Under the pieces are notes generated by a model. The model ran no database searches. It had not been told where the DNA came from and saw only the letters and a list, made by a program, of their open reading frames with translations. The position numbers and the translations under genes are program-made. From positions 33,356,001 through 33,420,000 of the forward strand of contig NC_135759.1 of NCBI RefSeq assembly GCF_052425735.1: 64,000 nucleotides of DNA, written 5' to 3'. The DNA is from Oculina patagonica. Its lineage: Eukaryota. Positions 26,540-38,950 of this stretch are shown here, piece after piece. Every line of letters starts with the position of its first letter. Positions within the stretch are counted from its first letter, which is position 1.

Positions 26540-29500
26540 TCAAGTGTCTTTGGGTGCGACAGCCACAAAGTATGGGATGTAAGCCAGTAGTTCTACGCCA
26601 CTGATGGTATCGTCTTTAGACTGAACACAAAAAGGAAAAAATCATGTGAGTTCACTGCATGTATTGTTGGCATCTATGAGATCAACAACAGTGAAGCATT
26701 ACTTCAAAACCTTTTTGGAAGATATCTAGGAATTCACGGATCCAGAGTTTCAGACTTCCGGTCCAAATTCAAAGCAAAAGTGAGCACTCATTAAGTCAGA
26801 CCATTGTTAAACATCGCAAACACAATAGCCTGACTTAATGAGTGCTCACTCTTCTATTGAATTTCGACCGGAATTCTGATACTCTGGATCGGTGTATTGC
26901 AGAGTTCTACTACTCCAGTCTCTTATCCGGTGTAGCCTGGGCACGATAAACGAAGGGCTCTGGGAGCGAATATGTATCGCAGTAACTTAATGAGTGATCG
27001 CTTTCCATTTGTACGAAGAAACCAGTTGTTCTGGTGAAAAATCATATGGAACGGTCTTTCCCACTGGAAACTTTCGGAAAAATTGGAATACCTTCAGACG
27101 TTCTTATATACAAAAAGGCTCTCGTAAAAATAGGTTTTAATTAGCAAAATGCCCTAAATATCTTCTGTCTTTGCTTTATCAGGAGACGACTCCATGACAA
27201 AGCCAAAGAGAGCTGTAGCACCGAATCAGAAACACGAATGGTTCCTTTTCACTTGCAGACAAAGTGAAGAAAAGAGAATGTCAAACATTATCATTGATCA
27301 AAAGATTTCTTTGATCATCAAACCACTTGTTCCAGAAGAATTTCATCATAGCGTAATTAAATGTAGCTTCTGCAGCATTCAGCACCACAGCAAAAGCCTG
27401 AAGCGAAGAAGAGATCCCGTGGACATTGTACATGCCAGTCACTTGGAACGCAGCTTGCGCTGAAGTTAAAACAAACGAGTAGAAATTCTCCAAAATGAAA
27501 AGGAGGAGCGACAAAACGTAAGCAGCATGGGCCACACGGAAAATGGCAACTGTTGAATCCTTCCATGGCGCAGGAACATTATTCCACAGATATACAACCA
27601 AAACTGTTGAAACCTCCACTAAAATAAACCCAACTCCGATTAATTTGCTTAAAGTCATTCCCAGCGACCCAGTAGAAACGACGATAATATTGAAAGCAAC
27701 TGTGACCACGAGCTGAAAGAATAGCGACCAAAATCGAGCAAACTTCGAGTTGTTTTGAAGGGCAGAGAAATACCCTTCATAGTCAGGCACTTTCACAAGA
27801 ACCAGAATAACAATCAAGGAGTTTATAACAGAAGCTATTTGCTATGATATTTCCAATTCATCCGCGTGTGTGAAAAGCGTAAAGTTCTTGCAGCGGTAGC
27901 TGGCGTGTCTTTCACGAAGAAGGCAATCGCTGGAGTGGATGCTGAACAGAATCAGTCCAATAAATCGCCAAAGAAGAACGGAAAAATACGCGACTATCGC
28001 TGTAACTTTGATACACATTTCACGGTTGCATAATCTAAAGACCGTGCTATCGACTTCTTGGCCCACAAAAATAATCGTCCTATCTGAGTTGGACATTGCC
28101 GTTTCACGACAGAAGTTAGCCTGGGTCGATAAACCGAACAACGGTGACTAAAAGTACACGATGTATCTCAAAGAGCTTAACCGCATATTCAAAACGTAAC
28201 CTGAAATAAAATTCGCTCACTGAAGCCCAAGACTTTCACTTTCGATAGTTATCCGTTACCTTAGTTGCATGGATTTTCAACTCAACGAAGCATGATACGC
28301 TACCTACCGACTGTGAGTAAATAGTTTGAAATTTGCATTAACAGAAAGTAAATAAATATAATGCAACGACAGCCTTGATATCTTTATTCCGCACATTAAA
28401 GCAAAAGGGCCATTGCAAACAAAATAGTTGGTATATTGCCTGAGCAAGTTTTAGCAGTTTATAAACAAAAATCGTGTGACTCACAAAAATAACTTCGCCA
28501 AACTAATGTAAAAAGCCTTTTTTCGTCAAAGCTGATGACGTCAGAAGAGGAACAAAGGTCAACTGTCGTCACGGCAGGTTTGGCCGACACAGGCGTTCAT
28601 GGGTTAAATAAAACTACATCAATGAGTGCCAAAAGTGTTGAGACATTCGGCACTTTTTGAGTACCTTGGACAAATTTTACCCGTCACCCTTTCGATATAA
28701 CCCCCTCCCCCCCCGAAACGACGTTGGACTTACTACCTGCAAGACTTGCTGCGTTTGTGACCAACATTGAAACGGGGGAGGAGAAGTGGTTCACAAGCTG
28801 CAACTGATTTATAGTGAAAAGTGGGGATGTGAAATTTAGTATTTATTTTAACCGACTGTCTCAAGGACTTTTGTCGGTCATTGATGTATTAAAAATGTAC
28901 CCAAAAATACTCTACAAAATATTAACTATGATATAATGAATATACAATAAAAAAGGTAAAAATCATGTACAACAAAGTTTTAGTTCTGTAGTTGCTACAT
29001 CAGTACAACTCACCTTGCCCAAATTCTGTAGAATTTTCTCGATAATAAAGGAGTTCGAATGAACGTTGATAACAGAGGCGAGCATGCTCTGGTAAGGAAA
29101 AAAGACATAAGATTAATACAGATTTAGAAAGAACACTTTAAAATGTGTGCGTTCATTTTTGGTCACAAGTTATTAACCTGAAATGACTGCATGTCAATGA
29201 TACCACTCTGGGTTTTGTCTTCTTTACTGAACGCTTCCTGGAAAACAAGAAAAGAGACATTTAACAGTTTCACGACTTATTGGTTATAACTTAAATGATC
29301 AGGTTCGCTAATCCTATGAACTGGATGTACTCATCCTTGCAGTAAATTGAAAAAAACGGTCTAGAGTTATAAAACAGTTGTGGTAAGATTTCAAGAGTGC
29401 GATTTCCACACTTCAACCAACTTGACACGCAAAAAGAAAACCAGTGTTGCATATTGTGCACACAGTTAATAATAAAAAACATGTAATAAAATTATTAACA

Positions 29501-32500
29501 TGATTCTTTACCATAAAAGTACCGAGCCAAGAATCCATTAACGACCAATCCAATGTACTAAATGTACTTGAAACCATCGGGCTGAGAAGAAAAAAGAAAA
29601 TAAGATATACATAAAAAATAAGAAACATGAAGGCAAGCAACAGTGATGTAGTACAATAGAGACAAAATGGCTCTCCATTAACAAAAAGTATCAATTGAAT
29701 ATACTAAGAAGAAGTAGAGCTCAAACCCATCAGAATAAGACTAATCAATTAGAATTGAATCAGCCAGCCGGAGTCCGATCTTATTAACAGCAACACTCAG
29801 TACTTTTTTACAGGACCAATACAGCTAAATGGACCAATAATTAAACTCGACCAATCACAATGCTTTATTGTCAGTCCAATATTTTCTAAATAATGAACTG
29901 AATCTTTTATCAATCAGCTTTCTCGCGATCGTACTAGGAGACTATCGTCCCGGACTTTACTGTATGGATTTTGCTACACTTGATTGGTACTGTTAAGATC
30001 TAGGGACTATCTAGAACGGCTCTCGTTCATGGTTAATAAAATGTATGCAACAAATAATCTTCAGCGAAGTCTTCTTCACCTTGATTTTCCCAATAGATCA
30101 CACATCTGATGAGTTGCAGCGAACTCTTCAAGACCAAAGTACGTACTTTCACAGGCCATGTCGTAAATCTGAAAGAAAAAAAAGAGAAGCAACGTTGAAA
30201 ACAACAAATACAACTAAAAGCTCCAAGGGAGAAGATGGATTAACGAAGTTATTTCATGATCACACGATTTACCTTTTTCAGATAATTTATTTGGTGTCTG
30301 GTTAAAAACGAAGGAAGACTTTTCTTTAGTTCATTGAAAGATACGTGTCTGAAAAACAAAACGAAAAAAATGAAATATTTATATCGTTCCTTTCCACTGA
30401 AAAACAAGCAACAATGGCAAAAAAGAAGTCAATCAAAAGATTTCTTATTAATTTTATAATCAAAATGTGGAAGAATTAACACTTTCAAGAGGAAAAGTTT
30501 TAATCATGAACTTATCAGAGTACTATTAATCGAAGTACCTAGTAGTTCTTTTAATCACTTACCCATCACAATCAGTGTCCAACTTTTTAAAAACTTGAGA
30601 TAAGGAAGAAATATCAGCTTGTTGTTCAGACGAAACCTGAGATTACCAATTCAGAAAAAAATAACTTGATCAGCTTAACTGTAACCGACCAACACACACT
30701 ATGACTTGATGGTTTTTTAGGGGCCTTGAAGCCATTGACCCAACCGTATGTATTAATTAATTAGCAAATCATTCACTTAAGTTGTAGAGGATTAATCACA
30801 TACCAGGGACTTAGCTGTAAAATTTCTATTTATTTTTTTTGTGCTTATTACATTGTAACTTTGTAGGGCAAATGACGGCAAATAAATCTACTATATACTA
30901 AAGCGTGTTTCTTTAATTAATTAATGTTTTTATAGCGTTTGTGGCTTGACGTCAAAGCAAGCATTTTTGGGCTTTCTAGAACATTTGCGATTGCATTCTA
31001 AATTAATGCAAACAAACAGGTCCTCTTTTTTCAACCTTCAAAAGCCTGGGTGTGGCTGATCGTTGTGGGTCACAAGCTGCTACAGTTTGTAAGGATGCCA
31101 CTGATACAACATCTACACGATTAGGCTGCTCCTTGAGCTCACTAAAACACCAAATAAAAATAAATGAAATTAGATTATCTACATGTATGAGGATAGTCGA
31201 TAATAATAATCTAACTGATAATCTAACTGATAATCCAAGTCATGAAAAATACTTATAATCGCAGATTGTCAGCAAAAGTGTAATCAGTGCACTGCGCTTT
31301 TTTGACATTTGCTTATGCTGTTACTTGTGAAGAAAAAATTTTGTTACAGTGAACCCTCTCTTCTTTATAGGCATACACCCTCATGACTAACCCAAAGAAG
31401 GGTTTCAGACAAAGAAGTGAAATTCGGCAAGGACCAGCCAGCCAACCATGTTCGCCTCGGAGAGGTGTCAACTTTAATACCAGTATTTTTTTTTTCAGGC
31501 AATATCTATAATTTATTTCATATTTCAACCTTCTTTTATGGTACAACGGTACTTTCTTCTCTCACTAAAAATCCAGGAAAGGAATTGGGAAAGTGGAATG
31601 GTGGTTAATTGGTTGAGTGGCATTAGCATCCCTTTTTAGTATCTAACATTACCTCTCAGCAATATCATCAACATCCATCTTGTCCATAACTTCTTTTTCA
31701 TCTTCTGCATGAGGGATTTCACTGAAACTTTCAATATAAATCATTACTTCATCTGGATTCTCTTTGGTTGGACTCTCTGCCATGGGAGCTGGCGCTGCAC
31801 TGGCAGTATCCTCAACTCTCTTTGGGGATTTGAGACATTTCTGTTCAGGTATTTTGGGTACTGACTTCTTTACTCTTTTCCTTTGTTCTTGAAGACTAGT
31901 ATTACTGTCTGATGCAAGGACATTTGCTCTTTTACTCTAGAATAGGAAAAAATAAAGGATTTAACAAACATTCCAGTTAAAGCTGGAAAATAATTTAGGG
32001 AGCTGAGCTATAAAGAAGTAAACTGTCTTGTAATAAAAAAAAATGTTTCTATTACCTTTCTGTTTGACTGAAGATAACCTGTTTGTGAAGACAAAAAACA
32101 TCCTTAAAACCAATGAATTTATATTTCAATAATTATATGCTACTCTTGCTTCTTTCATTGGGTCGGAGTTAAGGTGGCTGACAATGGTTTTCACTATTTT
32201 CCAGACCTTATACTTTGATTGGTCAGTACTGCAACTTTTTATCAATTGCTATTACAGTAATGGTATGAAACAAATGCCCAATCATTGGTTGACAAGTTGT
32301 GATCATTTTCTTAACATTAGTGGTTACCATAGCAACAGTATAACCTGTAAAAGACTCTTAGTTTAAGCTTTTAGTGGTAATATCTTAAAAATGAGCTCAA
32401 TGAACCCCATTTTTGTTGTTGAGTAATGATCAGTATGTCATGATACAACTTTTAGGAAAGTTAAAAAAAAGAGGGGATCAGAGCCACCTTAAATGTTCAA

Positions 32501-35500
32501 AATATGAAAATAAATCTTATACACTGTAAAATACAATTTAAAAGAAGGTTTGCTACCATACCACTGAATTTTGGCTGCTTTTTAGGAGGAGGCCTGTCAG
32601 TTGGCTTCACTTGTTTCTCGTTATTGGATGCTTCTTTCCTTTCTTTGTACACTCTCTGGAAAAATTTTTATGTCATCAGTCATTAACTCATTAGACATTT
32701 GAATTGATCAAAACTTGGGGTATTGGCCAATAAATCATTAATAGCGTGCAGTAACATGAACATTATTACTTTAAACATGTCCTTTAAGGCCATAGGAACT
32801 GGGTGGGGCCAGGAGAGATGGGCCTTGCCCCCCTTTTCTTGTTCTTGGGTAATGCCTAAGTACCTGAACTTTCTGGAACTTAAAGGAGTTCAGAAATCTC
32901 ATCTAAAAAGAAGAAATCTAAATGTAACAAAAATTTCACAAGGGTACATTTAGTGTATTTATGACACCCGATTAAGTAGTCCAGGTGTGTGTCTGGCCAG
33001 TGTTCTTATAGTTGTGTGTTCTTGAACACAACACTTCTCACAGTGCCTCTTCCAACCAACTATAAAATTTAATTTTAATGATTCTGGGAATTAACTAGTG
33101 AATTTTTTGATCAGCTTAACAACTGTTGGATAATCAGCATTCAACTAGTATCTTACACAGGAAGGTAGCAAACTCCTAGTCACTTCATTCTTTAGAAACT
33201 GGTTGGAATTAACATAATTACGTAAAAGTGCCAGCACTGAGGATCCAGCTGGGTTTGTGACTAACTTCAGCCTTTAAAAAAATTTCTGATAGCATAATAG
33301 TACCAATAACAATGACAGTGACAATGATAATGATAATATTACCTCTTTTCTTAAACTTTCTGAAGACCTAGATTTAAGTGCTGTTCTTGGTTCATTGTCC
33401 TGTTTGTGGTGTCTACAACAGCACCGTGAGTGTATTGCTACGCCTTCTGGTTTGCTAGCTCCTCCTTTGTGTGTGCGAGGCAGGATATGCTCAGGAGCAT
33501 GCGAAGATATGGCTGCAGACACTTCTTTAGTTGGAGAAACAGGACCGCTTGCAACTGCAGGCATTCTATACCTTAGTAAATGTAAGGATATTGATGTCAA
33601 TTTCCCAACATAATTATGCTGACTCAGCTAGAGTAACTGATTGGGTTTTAGAAGACATCTAATATTACACTGACATTATTTTAATACTCATGGATGTTTT
33701 ATCATGAGTGTTAATTAGAAAAGAGCACTGTTAATTCTCTAAAAACTATACATTTGTAAGCAATCTGACAAAATGCAATCAACTAGGAAACCTATTTTGG
33801 ACTGTTATGTACCATTCAGTGGAGAGTAGTATTATTCCTACTTACCTGACAATATTTTACACTAGTTAAGGAACAGGATTTACATGTACAGGGGCTATGT
33901 CACAATAGTCTATTTTAAGTAGTTTTTTTCTGCTTGTACAAAGTTAGAATGGTTTCAACCGAAGACAAATAAGAGGGATTAGAGGCAGCAAACTTGAAAA
34001 AATTGGCCATTTTTTTTTAAAGATGCACCATCCATATAATTATAATGTAGCTCCTTTACTAATAAGCCACTACATGTTGGTTGTGCAACAGACTTAACCT
34101 CCTACTAACCTACTGCTAATTTGAGTCTGTCCACCAAGTGTCATCAGATATCCTTTCTTATTAGTTGTGGTCTACAAACATGAACAAAAATCAATCAATA
34201 ATTATTTCCATGTACAAAATATCCAAAGGACATAATTATATACAAAGATGGAGAAAGAAAGGCAAAATTTAGGTTGTTAATTAATATAGCCTTGACCCAG
34301 CTTTTTAAAGAGCTACAATGTTCAACATATTGAAAGGTTGTAGTTCTGAATGAATTTAACTACCTGCTTTCTCCTGTTATGCAAACTTTCCACAGGTTGA
34401 CCCAGGGATTGTTGAAGTAGCAGTCTTTGAGATGTACTCATCCTGAAATTGAAGAATGATACAAAGTGTATAATATCAGGGCCGGGTTGTTCGAAAGGCG
34501 ATTAACGCTAACCCAGGATTAAAAGATGATCGAGGTTTTTATTTCTCTTGTTAAGAAGGGTTTTCCATAGCTAATGTTTTGTGAAGTTTGAGATTGGTCC
34601 ACGTCAAAACTGGGGGAGAGATAATATAAACAGAAAGCCTCAAAGAAATGTTAAAAAATTGAAACCAAATTTCACGCTAATCCTGGATTAGCTTAATCGT
34701 GCTTTGAAAAACCGGGCCCAGGACCATAACTAGCAAGAGGCAAGACAAGGCACTTGCCTCGCCTTGATTTTAACCCAAAACTAAAAAAAAAATATATGTT
34801 TAGTTTGGAAAATAATCCCTAGTTGAACAAGATTGATTTTCTTCGAGAAATACCTTATGAAAAGTGTTTAAAAAGAGTATCAGAGTTTCTAGTTCTCCAT
34901 TTGTTCTGGAGGCCATGCACCCAGAACCTCCTAGCATGAACTTGCCTCGTCCATGCCAAAGGTCTGGTTACGGTCCTGAATATATGATTTTGAGCTACTA
35001 TAACAAAGTAAGAATGTGCTCAATGGGGGGAATCGTGCAAAAAGAAACTTAACACACATAACAAGTTTTGTTTCAATGAATTATTATTCTACATTGAGAA
35101 GAACTTGTATAGACTCAGCAAGTAGAAATTATTGAAATTCAAATTTATATTTAATTTTATATAACAGAATCTCACTCAGACAGCTGGGTTACTGGGTGAA
35201 ATTGAACAATCTCAAAGTGGCCCATCGTATAGCAGAAAGTAAAATTAAATTTTAGAAACAACTTATAATATATAATAGTGAAGTGGGTGTATCTGAGCAA
35301 CACACACACACCTGTGAGAAACATTTTTTTCACACTTGAGTGACATCTTTCCTAACTTATATTGGGAAATTTAAACTGGCACGAGAAATGAAAGGTTTTA
35401 ATTTCTAACCCTTGTCATAGTTGAGGCAGTCATTAATAATATTCTTACACAAAAATAGAGAAAAAAATAAAAGAAAAATTTTATAATCAGCTGACTCACA

Positions 35501-38265
35501 TGTGTAATCCCATAGTTGGAAGCTGAGAGGGACGGCTTGAGTTCTGTTTATTTGTGGCAAATAATAAGTAAATTAAAGTTAATATTAATAAATTAATTCT
35601 CAGGAAATAGTTGCAACAAAACTTTAAAGTACCTGTAACTCCAATTATTTGGGGAGGGAAGGTAATCCATACTACAAGTGATGGTACCAGAACCCATTTT
35701 GGGGAGAGGGGAGGAGGGGCTGCATATGCTAACTGAATGGTCAGATAAGATGCAAGCTTAATAAGTGCAACTTTATTTTTCAGATGTGCAATCCATTTAG
35801 GGGTGTCAATAATTATTTTATGGCATCATGTATCAATACATGTGATGGCTACGAGATAAAATAGAATAAAGATTCAATCAACTGCTTTTATTAGAAATAT
35901 CTGCATTCATAGCAAAGTCAAATCACTTGTTTAAAAAAGAAATTTTATGCAATTAAAAGTAGGATGGAGTGCTCATTGTTTATGACTTACAGCAAGTCGT
36001 GGGTTGAGTCCCTGTGGGTACCAGCCACGATCCACATCCTTCAATTCACAATCTAACTGTAGCTGCTTAGTTTTCAATCCAGTGGATCTGCTACAATTTA
36101 AAAGCAAAAAACAAGGAGAATGGGTCTTATTATTTTAAGACCTAAAACAAAACTGTTACATTCATATACAACTAAAATTGTTATTAAGTATAATGAAAAA
36201 GAGGGAAAATGTAACAAGGAAAATGACACTTAATGATCCAAAATGTTAGCAGTAGAAAACCGAACACTCACAATGGCTAATTCTGAAAACATTGTTAGGA
36301 ATTGTTCCCAGCAGTAGAATATTTTCCTTTGTTTTCAAATAAAGGAAATAAATTAACATCATAGTAATTTCCAACAATTATTCATTCTCACGCAGTGTCA
36401 GTATCCTTCAATAACAAAATTTAAAATCTTCTGAAATCAAAATAATTTTTAATTTTGTTCTGTCCATACTTACCTGTTTACATCATCTCTTGAAAGATGC
36501 TCCTGTTTAAAAATATAAATTAAAATATATCTTATTTATACCGATCTTGGATAATTAAGTGGATTATTTTCCTTGAAGGGCTCCACTGGTAGCAAGGAGA
36601 AAACACTAAAAGAATAGGGCTAGCCAACGGCATGTGTTTAGGGTCCCCTGGTGTCAATCCAGGGAATGGGATGCAGGGTGGGATTCTTTAATAAAAGGCG
36701 AGTTTCGCAGAATTTTAACCAAATTTCAGGGGTCTTGTCCTTCTCAGAGTCTCAGTTTTCTTTTGCAAGGCTAAAAAGGTCCCAGGCTTGCAGAAAAGAT
36801 ATCAGTCTCGCCATCTCGTAAAGTATTGCGTAACTTACCATTCAACACACCTAATAAATTTAATTTTTATTTAATTTGTTCTATTGATGTTTCAGGCATG
36901 TTTTTTAGGGGGGTATTCCAGGGTGTTACAGGGGTCTTCTGCTAGGGTAATCTGGCATCTCCTATATGCTTGCAACCTCATCTACTCAATATTTACCTGG
37001 TCAAAAATGAGGGACTACTCACACACAGCCTAGGATTTGACAGTTACCCGTGACATATATGGCAAAATGCATTATGCACCTATCAGTGAACAAGCCACGG
37101 ACCACAGTGGGATGTGGAAGCGGGCATAACAAAGGGGTTGATAGCAATTATCTGCCCATAGTGGGCAGCTTTGACACTATTAGTAGACTTTCTAACAATG
37201 ATTGATGTTTAATGACTATTTTGACATCCACAAATGCCCTGGGCAGAGATGTCGCTAAGGGCCGGCTGCAGGCTAATTTCACCGGCTGAAAGAGAACTAA
37301 AATCCAGCTGAAATATCACATGAAAACAAAGACATAGGTAAACTTTTAGAGCTGCCAACAGAAACTTTAGCCAGCTGGGCTTGTTGATTAGCCGGCTTAG
37401 TGATTTCCTAGCTACATCCCTGCATGCCTGGGGTGAAAAATCTCAGCTAAGTTCAAATTACCCCCCCCCCCCCTCCGCTACACCACGTTGACATGATTGG
37501 TGCAAAATGTCAACTTGCTATACGCTAATGCTCGTTGATTTCAGATAAAATCACGAGGAATCAAATTGAAACATCACTTTGTATATTTCAGTTTAAACCA
37601 TAACATATATTGATAAGGAGTCTTCCAAAATCAATTTAAAAACCAATGGTCAAATATTGGTTAACGCAACACAAACAAATTAAACAATCCAATCTAGTTC
37701 GGCAGGCGCCATTTCGAGAAGATTTCGAGAGACGTGTGAAAATCAGAAATTCTGATTATGTTTGATCACACTCAGATTTTATAAGCACTCAACAAACCTT
37801 TTCTTCCTGCTAGTTTATCGATTAAAATTTTATCTCCTTTTTACATTTTCCGATAAGGGGTTCATTTCATCAATTTAAACACAGCATGATTTTCTATTCA
37901 GCTTCTATAAACAACACCAAAGAAAGATCAACAAAACGCGCGCACTTTTTAATCTTGTGCACAAAAAGGCGTATAAAATTATCTTATGCTATCTATAGTA
38001 TATTTTCTTTTAACGCCATTTACTCACTCACCTCTGCACCTCTGTTTCCCCTCTCTTGACTATTTTCCAAAGATTTTTCCGATCTCCTGCTCACAAGTGA
38101 AGTAAAAGAACCTTCAGATATGAGCGGCAAGCTAGGACAGTTCCTTGACCCTTCCTCGTCTTTTGCATCCGTTTTGCTCACAATTTTAATCCCATGAACG
38201 CTGTTTGAGCCATAAATGGGCTTTGTAGCAATTCCAAACTGTCCAGTTGCTATCGAAGGAAGCAT
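26540..38265 (-). CDS. Uncharacterised ~600-aa protein with long low-complexity N-terminus and C-terminal EF-hand region, 18 exons
   Basis: Phase-compatible GT-AG exons: 38032-38265, 36474-36502, 35991-36090, 35500-35543, 34364-34442, 34110-34171, 33343-33565, 32562-32655, 32056-32078, 31653-31936, 31036-31141 (alternative donor 31018), 30563-30636, 30273-30348, 30080-30168, 29512-29581, 29178-29237, 29014-29088, 26540-26620. Total 1803 nt with no stops. Canonical loop [17 protein letters not shown]; degenerate loops [17 protein letters not shown] and [15 protein letters not shown]. Confidence 0.8.
26730..26898. repeat. ~170-bp palindromic (foldback) MITE-like element
   Basis: gatccagagtttcagacttccggtc...agtgagcactcattaagtcag / ctgacttaatgagtgctcact...gaccggaattctgatactctggatc. 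Confidence 0.75.
27281..28096 (-). pseudogene. Six-TM family copy D, full length (271 codons) with a single in-frame TAG; nested in the EF-hand gene intron
   Basis: ORFs 27842-28141 and 27281-27817 are in one frame, separated only by TAG at 27842-27844 (ELEIS*QIAS versus [10 protein letters not shown] in copy C). Confidence 0.75.
28617..28888. mobile_element. MITE with TA TSD
   Basis: TA|catcaatgagtgccaaaagtgttgagac ... gtctcaaggacttttgtcggtcattgatg|TA. Confidence 0.65.
32173..32488. mobile_element. TTAA-flanked element (Kolobok-like)
   Basis: TTAA|ggtggct ... agccacc|TTAA; same termini as 5608-5997. Confidence 0.6.
34478..34720. mobile_element. MITE
   Basis: Imperfect TIR gggccgggttgttcgaaaggcgattaacgctaacccaggatta / taatcctggattagcttaatcgtgctttgaaaaccgggccc. 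Confidence 0.7.
37244..37422. mobile_element. hAT-like MITE; second copy at 39834-39998
   Basis: Termini cagagatgtcgcta / tagctacatccctg; shares the aatttcaccggctgaaa core with the inverse copy in TYMP intron 1. Confidence 0.6.
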
Positions 38266-38950
38266 GAGAGGTAAAACGATGGATTTTCAAGCTCTATTGT
38301 GCATGAAAGTGCAATAAATCAAACAGCCCCTCAAATGCTAATTCCATGGAGACGAGCACAGTCCGCAAAATACGCACGCTGCTCAGGCCCCGGACAGTCC
38401 AAAGCATGTAAGCAAGTATCACACCAAATGTACAGCCTTTTACGACTCTGTGGCTAAAAGTCTGGAATAAGATAGTAATTTCTGTTCTTTGTCCATGTGC
38501 TTTCCACGGCCATCACATTTGGAAGAGAAACATACCGACTGTTGATTTCCAAAGAAGCAATATTAGATCCAGTAAGGGAGGGGAGGGAGAGGGTGTGCCG
38601 CTCATATCATATCAAAAATTTCATTATCTTCAAAGAAACGAAATATTTACTGCCTATTCTATTTAAACAATAAAAATTAAATCCTAAATGTTCAAAGAGA
38701 AAAAAAAATAAGTCGAAAAAAAATTGAGTGTTACTTGTATAAAATGTTCTGAAAGCTCAGGGGTAGGGTGGGGAAACGAAAGGAGAAAAGAACAATAGTT
38801 CCCATGAAGTTACTCATGTGGAAAGCGTATTTGGTCTTCTTGAGACGCTTAACAAGTCGGAGTTGAGGAGGGAGGGCTCAATATTTCTTGCGATTTGCAG
38901 CATCTGTAAGCCGACAAGCTCAGCTTTCAAGCGCTCAGAAAGTATTCAAA

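Noticed and set aside
38888-38950. TTG-initiated N-terminal extension of TYMP in the ORF track
   Set aside because: Non-ATG start. The ATG at 38951 has good context (aaaATGt) and aligns with the family N-terminus.
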